The translations under genes were made by a program, and so were the position numbers. A DNA stretch of 64,000 nucleotides, from NCBI GenBank assembly GCA_047495785.1, contig JBLDXI010000009.1:5208001-5272000 (forward strand). The letters are read 5' to 3'. Shown one piece after another: positions 61,293-64,000 of the stretch. How positions within the stretch are numbered: the stretch's first letter is position 1; each line of letters begins with the position of its first letter. Origin of the DNA: Lepidodermella squamata. Lineage: Eukaryota > Animalia > Gastrotricha. Under the pieces are notes generated by a model. It searched no databases. It worked only from the letters and a program-made list of their open reading frames with translations, and was not told the origin of the DNA.

Positions 61293-61671
61293 TCACTCAA
61301 TGTCTTCGTCTAAATAGTCGGGAAAGTCGCGGAAGTAGTCGCAGTGCACGAGGCGATCGCCGCCTGCCACCCCGCTTCCTGCACCTGAACTGCCCTGCAG
61401 CATCATCATGCCGCTGTTGCTGCCGCCCGAGAGCAGATCATCGGTGTTATCGTCGAGGCAAATCTCGTCTCCGATCATGTCTGCGGCGGCCAATTGTGCC
61501 TGGTGGTGAAGGTGATGATTGCCATGCACGTTGTTGCCTGATGAAGATGAATTGCCATGCTGGAAGGATTTAAAAATTAAAAATGGATCGAATATGCAGA
61601 ATTTTTCAACTCACGTGAGAAGAAGAAGCTCCGGAAGGCTTGTTGTTGGAAAAATTGTAGTTAGCAGCCAT
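61293..61671 (-). CDS. COPS9: COP9 signalosome subunit 9 (MYEOV2/CSNAP); exons 61671-61615 and 61559-61293
   Basis: C-terminus DRLVHCDYFRDFPDYLDEDIE follows the COPS9 pattern VHADFFNDFEDLFDDDDI; in-phase 55-nt intron; AATAAA at ~61260-61265. Confidence 0.8.
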
Positions 61672-62179
61672 AATTTATGAAAATAATGCAACTAAACCAC
61701 AAAATTTACAGATGTCTAATTTCACCTGACTCCCAAAAACTGGCCCAAAATTCATTCTCGCAAAATTTTGAGTCGCGTGGCGTAATTGAATTCAACTTAC
61801 TTCAATTTATATACAATGCATTCAATTTTTTATCCCAAATTATAATTGTCAGTTCGAGAAATGCGGAATCTCAATGCGAATTATTGCTATCCCACGAGAC
61901 ACGTATAGCGAAACGAAAGCATCAGCGGTTGCTGGTAACAATATCTCAGAGCCAGCTGATGCCACTAGCGACGCGGACCAAATCCGTCCAACTCATATGA
62001 CCCTTGGAATTAAGGTTTTCTTGTTGATCATGAAGAAACGCATCTATCGCGAGTATCGCGCCTCCGGCAGAACCTTGTAAATAACCTGATTAACTTGTAT
62101 ATTAACTTGTTCCAACAGATTTGCGGCAGCTCAAAATTAAACCAAATCTCTCCGGTCAGAGTCGTAGCAGTGGTGGCAT

Positions 62180-62780
62180 GGAATCAAGAAACAGTTGAAA
62201 CGCAAAGGAGAGCGCATTCATGATTCTGAAAAAGTCCATCTCAGACGACTTGTCCTTCATAATCGAAAATGAGCCTTCTCGAATGTGGGCGGCGAAACAG
62301 CGTTATTTTCCATCCAAGAATCCTTCGGAGCAATATTTAGCCTGCCTTGGCCTGTTCAACCTGCGTACGCGGGAGAACGAGGCAGCCGAGAACTACGCAA
62401 GTAGCTTCTCAACTCTCAACAGCCGTTGGCAGAGTGTCATCGTCGGGCGTACGCCTTGACAATACGCTTTTGAGCTTCGTATTTTTGAAGTCGCCAACAC
62501 CCCTTTTTGATAACTTGGCCTTGCTTCCAGGACACCTTGAAACCCTTTCGTCTTGAAGTCTTGAAGTTGTCGGCTCCAGCAAGACAACAAGGACTGGCAA
62601 TCAGGTGCCTTCAGCTGCTCTTGCTGTTTGCCCAGCCTGCCGCCATCAACCGCGCACCCAGCCCCGTCAACCTGGTTCTTATTTTTCCGTCCCGCGGCTG
62701 GTCCTTCGTCGCCTGGCAAGCGTTCTGGTCACACCGAATGGCAGTGTTTCCAGAAGAAGAAAGCGGAATGTGGACGGTTG
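62180..62780 (+). mobile_element. Decayed Ty1/Copia-like gag fragment
   Basis: AFMILKKSISDDLSFII..SRMW..Y..F.L (gag-like), GVRLDNTLLSFVFLKS.TPLFDNL and knuckle remnant KRSGHTEWQC; frameshifted. Confidence 0.55.
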
Positions 62781-63089
62781 CCCGACTCAGTATCTACAAC
62801 TGGTAACTGGTAGCAAAGATCAAGACCTCTCAGCAGAGAACTCACTGGTTTAAGCCCGCTCTTAGCAATAGCTAGTCTCCATTCTCCATCTCACCATTAA
62901 AATAATTCTAGAAACCAGCAGCCTCGAAGCCTCGAGTACCACAGATGACAAGGCCGTCCCAAAGCCAAAGTGAGGTAACTAACTGGCTGCTATTCTCATG
63001 TTTAGAGCGGAAGCGAATATACGCGAGGCCGAAAATAGGCTGCTGAAGGGGCGGAAGCAGATAGACACTGCTTAGAAGGACGCTGTCAG

Positions 63090-63400
63090 TCAGTCGTTGT
63101 AATTTTCAGAAGATAAAGCGCCACTCATATTCATAGACAATTTTACGGTGCAGTGATCAGTAAATTCTTCCGGAAAAGAGTTGTCGGTAACAATGTCAGC
63201 AATACACATAGGATTATTTGTGATAACAAGATCTATAATGTTATTACGATCTGGTCCGTGGCTCGAATCTAGTATTGTTGCCAAAACTTCTATTAATGGC
63301 TGGTGTGAAATTGCTATATGTGCTGTATTAATTAACAAAACAAAGCTTCGTTTAAGCTGTGTGTACAAATCCCCTGGCGCCGAAAGTACCGTAACTGTTT
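63090..63400. mobile_element. CR1/L2-like LINE endonuclease fragments on opposite strands
   Basis: Minus strand: DRNNIIDLVITNN..FTDHCTV. Plus strand: WCEIAICAVLINKTKLRLSCVYKSPG. Confidence 0.6.
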
Positions 63401-64000
63401 CACATTGACAGTACCGTAACAGAAATGTGCAAGTTCATAGAGAACTTGTACATTGGGAATGGCACGATCCTCACACGCTGCCAAACTGCCTGGCTGAGAG
63501 GCTGAGCGGCTTGAGGCTGCCGTTTTCGGAGCTGCGAGCTGCGGAGTCCAGAGTTCACCTCGAAAAGCTCCAGCACGAAAATCTCGACGTCAACACTGCG
63601 GAACTGTGCGGAAAATATATAGATGGACCAACTCGATTTAAAAACGGTTTTCCCGCGCAAAGCCTTCAACAATTTATAATATAATAATCTGCTGTTATTA
63701 TTTCAATAATTTGCATGATTTATTATTTTTTGCAAAAAGTATGCGTCCTTAGAGACGCAAATCATGTGCTAGTGCTAAGAAAGCCGATTCATCCAGAACC
63801 AAACCGTACGCTAAATGGCGATGAATTTACTCATCGATTGTCGTTCCGCCCCCCCAGTGAGCGATTTCCTGGTCGCAATGTCCGGTTTGACCAGGCCGCG
63901 CATGAGGCTGAGATAGGACGCTGCGGCTGGCAGAACAGCAGAAAGAGCGTGTTTTAAATGAGATCGGCCATAAGGCAGAAGCTATATAACTATGAATATT

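Noticed and set aside
63427-63957. Two short plus-strand ORFs that might be exons of a gene
   Set aside because: No recognisable homology or convincing splice chain, and they lie among transposon debris at the window edge.

Overview
Eukaryotic (invertebrate animal-type) genomic DNA with short GT-AG introns. The left ~26 kb is a duplicated, transposon-rich accessory region. It holds three paralogous secreted astacin-like genes (astacin-EGF-CUB-kringle-Cys-rich tail) whose visible zinc-binding motifs are degenerate, plus a scrambled pseudogene copy. It also holds six tRNA genes (His, Val, Lys, 3x Arg-ACG) and tRNA relics, non-autonomous DNA transposons with target-site duplications (hAT-, P- and Harbinger-like), and a near full-length Jockey/I-group LINE (16570-22920) with a long structured 3' UTR. 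The right ~38 kb is conserved-gene territory: AJM1, SURF4, a TM-less tandem-C2 synaptotagmin-like gene with four candidate first exons, three tandem stomatin genes and COPS9, followed by Copia and LINE debris. Exon models were built by eye from splice signals and phase continuity; family names come from motif recognition, not database searches.
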